Assembly (NCBI GenBank): GCA_046263015.1
Contig: JBHELS010000251.1
Span: 1-34,292 of the forward strand
Direction of reading: 5' to 3'
Length of the DNA: 34,292 nucleotides
From: Burkholderiales bacterium
Lineage (GTDB): Bacteria; Pseudomonadota; Gammaproteobacteria; Burkholderiales; SG8-39
Part shown: piece by piece, positions 32,971-34,292 of the stretch
How the letters are laid out: each line of letters opens with the position of its first letter
Numbering within the stretch: the first letter of the stretch is position 1
The notes under the pieces: generated by a model
Database searches by the model: none
What the model was told of the DNA's origin: nothing
The model's input: only the letters and a program-made list of their open reading frames with translations
Translations under genes and position numbers: made by a program

Positions 32971-33920
32971 GAATTTGGCTCGCCGCCTTCCTCGTCGCCT
33001 GCGCGTCTGCGGCATTCGGACAGCCCTATCCGAATAAGCCGATCAAATTGATAGTGGGCTATCCGCCCGGCGGCTCCGGAGACTTCCTCACGCGTCTCGC
33101 GGCCGATGAGCTGACGAAGGAGCTCGGCATCGCCGTGGTGGTCGAGAACCGGCCGGGCGCCGGCGGCAACATCGCCCACGACCTGGTGGCGCATTCGCCG
33201 CGCGATGGCTATACCGTGCTCAACGCGACGCACATGGCGATCAATCGCGCGCTGTACAAGAACGTGACGTACGACCCGGACAACGATTTCGCGGCGGTAA
33301 CGCGTATCGCCACCGGACCGACGGTGATTTGCATCAACCACGATCTGGCGGTGAAGGATCTGCGCGAGTTGATTGCCTATGCGAAGCAGAACCCCGGCAA
33401 GCTCTTCCACGCCTCCGCCGGCTATGGCTCGGCGCCGCACCTCGCCTCGGTGCTCTTCGAAGCGGTCGCCGGCATCCAGTTCACGCATGTGCAGTTCAAA
33501 GGCGGCGGACCGGCCACGCAATCGCTCCTCGCCGGCGATACGCAGGTCAATTTCGCCACCGCGCCCACCGTCATGGGCTTCGTACGCGCGGGACGCCTGC
33601 GCGCGCTCGCGGTGAGCTCGCGCCATGCGTCGCCCGCGGTCCCCGGCATCCCCGGGGCCGAGGAAGCGGGATTACCGGGCTACGACTTCACGTTCTGGTT
33701 CGGCTTGTTCGTGCCGGCGGGCACACCGCCCGCGGCGATCGAGCGCCTGCACGGCGCCATGGTGAAGGGGCTCGGGAAGCCCGAGGTACGCGACAAGATT
33801 GCGCTCCAGGGTATGGACGCGACGCCCTCCCCCTCGCCGGCGGCGTTCGCGGCGGAGGTGAAGAAGGAAACACCCTATTGGGAGAAGCTCGTGCGCGACT
33901 CCGGCGCCAAGGTCGAATAG
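32967..33920 (+). CDS. Bug/TctC-family substrate-binding protein
   Basis: ATG 32967 overlaps the previous stop (ATGA). Signal peptide MRIWLAAFLVACASAAFGQ. YPNKPIKLIVGYPPGGSGD. ENRPGAGG. Confidence 0.9.
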   Translation: MRIWLAAFLVACASAAFGQPYPNKPIKLIVGYPPGGSGDFLTRLAADELTKELGIAVVVENRPGAGGNIAHDLVAHSPRDGYTVLNATHMAINRALYKNVTYDPDNDFAAVTRIATGPTVICINHDLAVKDLRELIAYAKQNPGKLFHASAGYGSAPHLASVLFEAVAGIQFTHVQFKGGGPATQSLLAGDTQVNFATAPTVMGFVRAGRLRALAVSSRHASPAVPGIPGAEEAGLPGYDFTFWFGLFVPAGTPPAAIERLHGAMVKGLGKPEVRDKIALQGMDATPSPSPAAFAAEVKKETPYWEKLVRDSGAKVE

Positions 33921-34292
33921 ATGCCGCCCGTCACGCAGTGGCTGCTGATCGCCAATGTTGCCGTGTATGTGCTCGAAAACTCGGGGATGTTCCCGGCGGA
34001 CGCGTTCGCGCTCTGGCCGCCGGGCGGGTTCGAATCGCGCTTCGAGCCATGGCAGGTCGTCACCTACAGTTTTCTGCACGCCAATCTCGCGCACATCTTC
34101 TTCAACATGCTGGCGCTCTACATGTTCGGCGGCGAGGTCGAGAGCCTCTTCGGCTCGCGCTTCTACGCGCAGTACTACTTCGCAGCGGTGATCAGCGCGG
34201 CGCTCTGCCACCTGATCGTCACCGCAGCGATGGGCGCGGCGCAGGTGCCGATGGTCGGGGCCTCCGGCGGGATTTACGGGTTGCTGCTCGCC
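33921..34292 (+). CDS. Rhomboid-family intramembrane serine protease (C-terminus cut by window edge)
   Basis: Not in the ORF track as such. ATG 33921 directly follows TAG 33918-33920. WQVVTYSFLHANLAHIFFNMLALYMFG and catalytic GASGGIYGL motifs. Confidence 0.85.
   Translation, partial: MPPVTQWLLIANVAVYVLENSGMFPADAFALWPPGGFESRFEPWQVVTYSFLHANLAHIFFNMLALYMFGGEVESLFGSRFYAQYYFAAVISAALCHLIVTAAMGAAQVPMVGASGGIYGLLLA

Overview
High-GC, proteobacterial-type chromosomal segment (GC judged by eye, not computed). It is densely coding on both strands, with about 50 genes, strong AGGAGG-type ribosome-binding sites and many 4-nt start/stop overlaps. Most content is ordinary periplasmic or metabolic housekeeping. 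It includes four paralogous Bug/TctC solute-binding proteins, which hint at but do not prove a Burkholderiales-like host. It also includes glutathione-dependent formaldehyde dehydrogenase, an amidohydrolase, an M20 peptidase, an MsbA-like ABC exporter, an epoxide hydrolase, DgkA, two GSTs and PqiA/PqiB. A ten-gene translationally coupled string starts with LemA-TPM-TPM and ends in a rhomboid protease. Stand-out items follow. (i) A REP-associated tyrosine transposase (RAYT, 23870-24601) is flanked by inverted copies of a 19-nt element (ATTACGTACTTGGTACGGA) that occurs five times in the window. A second, outer inverted pair also encloses a start-less Cys-rich ORF and a ParB/Srx-like gene with a divergent 75-codon ORF, and four of the five copies sit on or next to stop codons. 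This REP-bounded cassette (23565-25963) is my best candidate for an undescribed system. (ii) A three-ORF nitrile-hydratase-superfamily enzyme has a split beta subunit (thiocyanate hydrolase / ToyJKL-like layout) and lies beside a signal-less NMT1-like protein. (iii) A cytochrome c is paired with a heme-c-tagged beta-propeller protein. (iv) A run of small exported low-complexity proteins: His-rich, Lys-rich 11-mer, Tyr/Pro-rich and Gly-zipper. (v) GTGACWGTCAC palindromes bracket a DUF4139 gene. (vi) A 32-nt direct repeat brackets a mini membrane ORF. (vii) A decayed FAD monooxygenase pseudogene. (viii) An epoxide hydrolase has conserved N-terminal codons but no usable start codon. I recognised no rRNA, tRNA, CRISPR array or phage structural genes. 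All calls rest on reading the translations and the sequence by eye; no database search was run.
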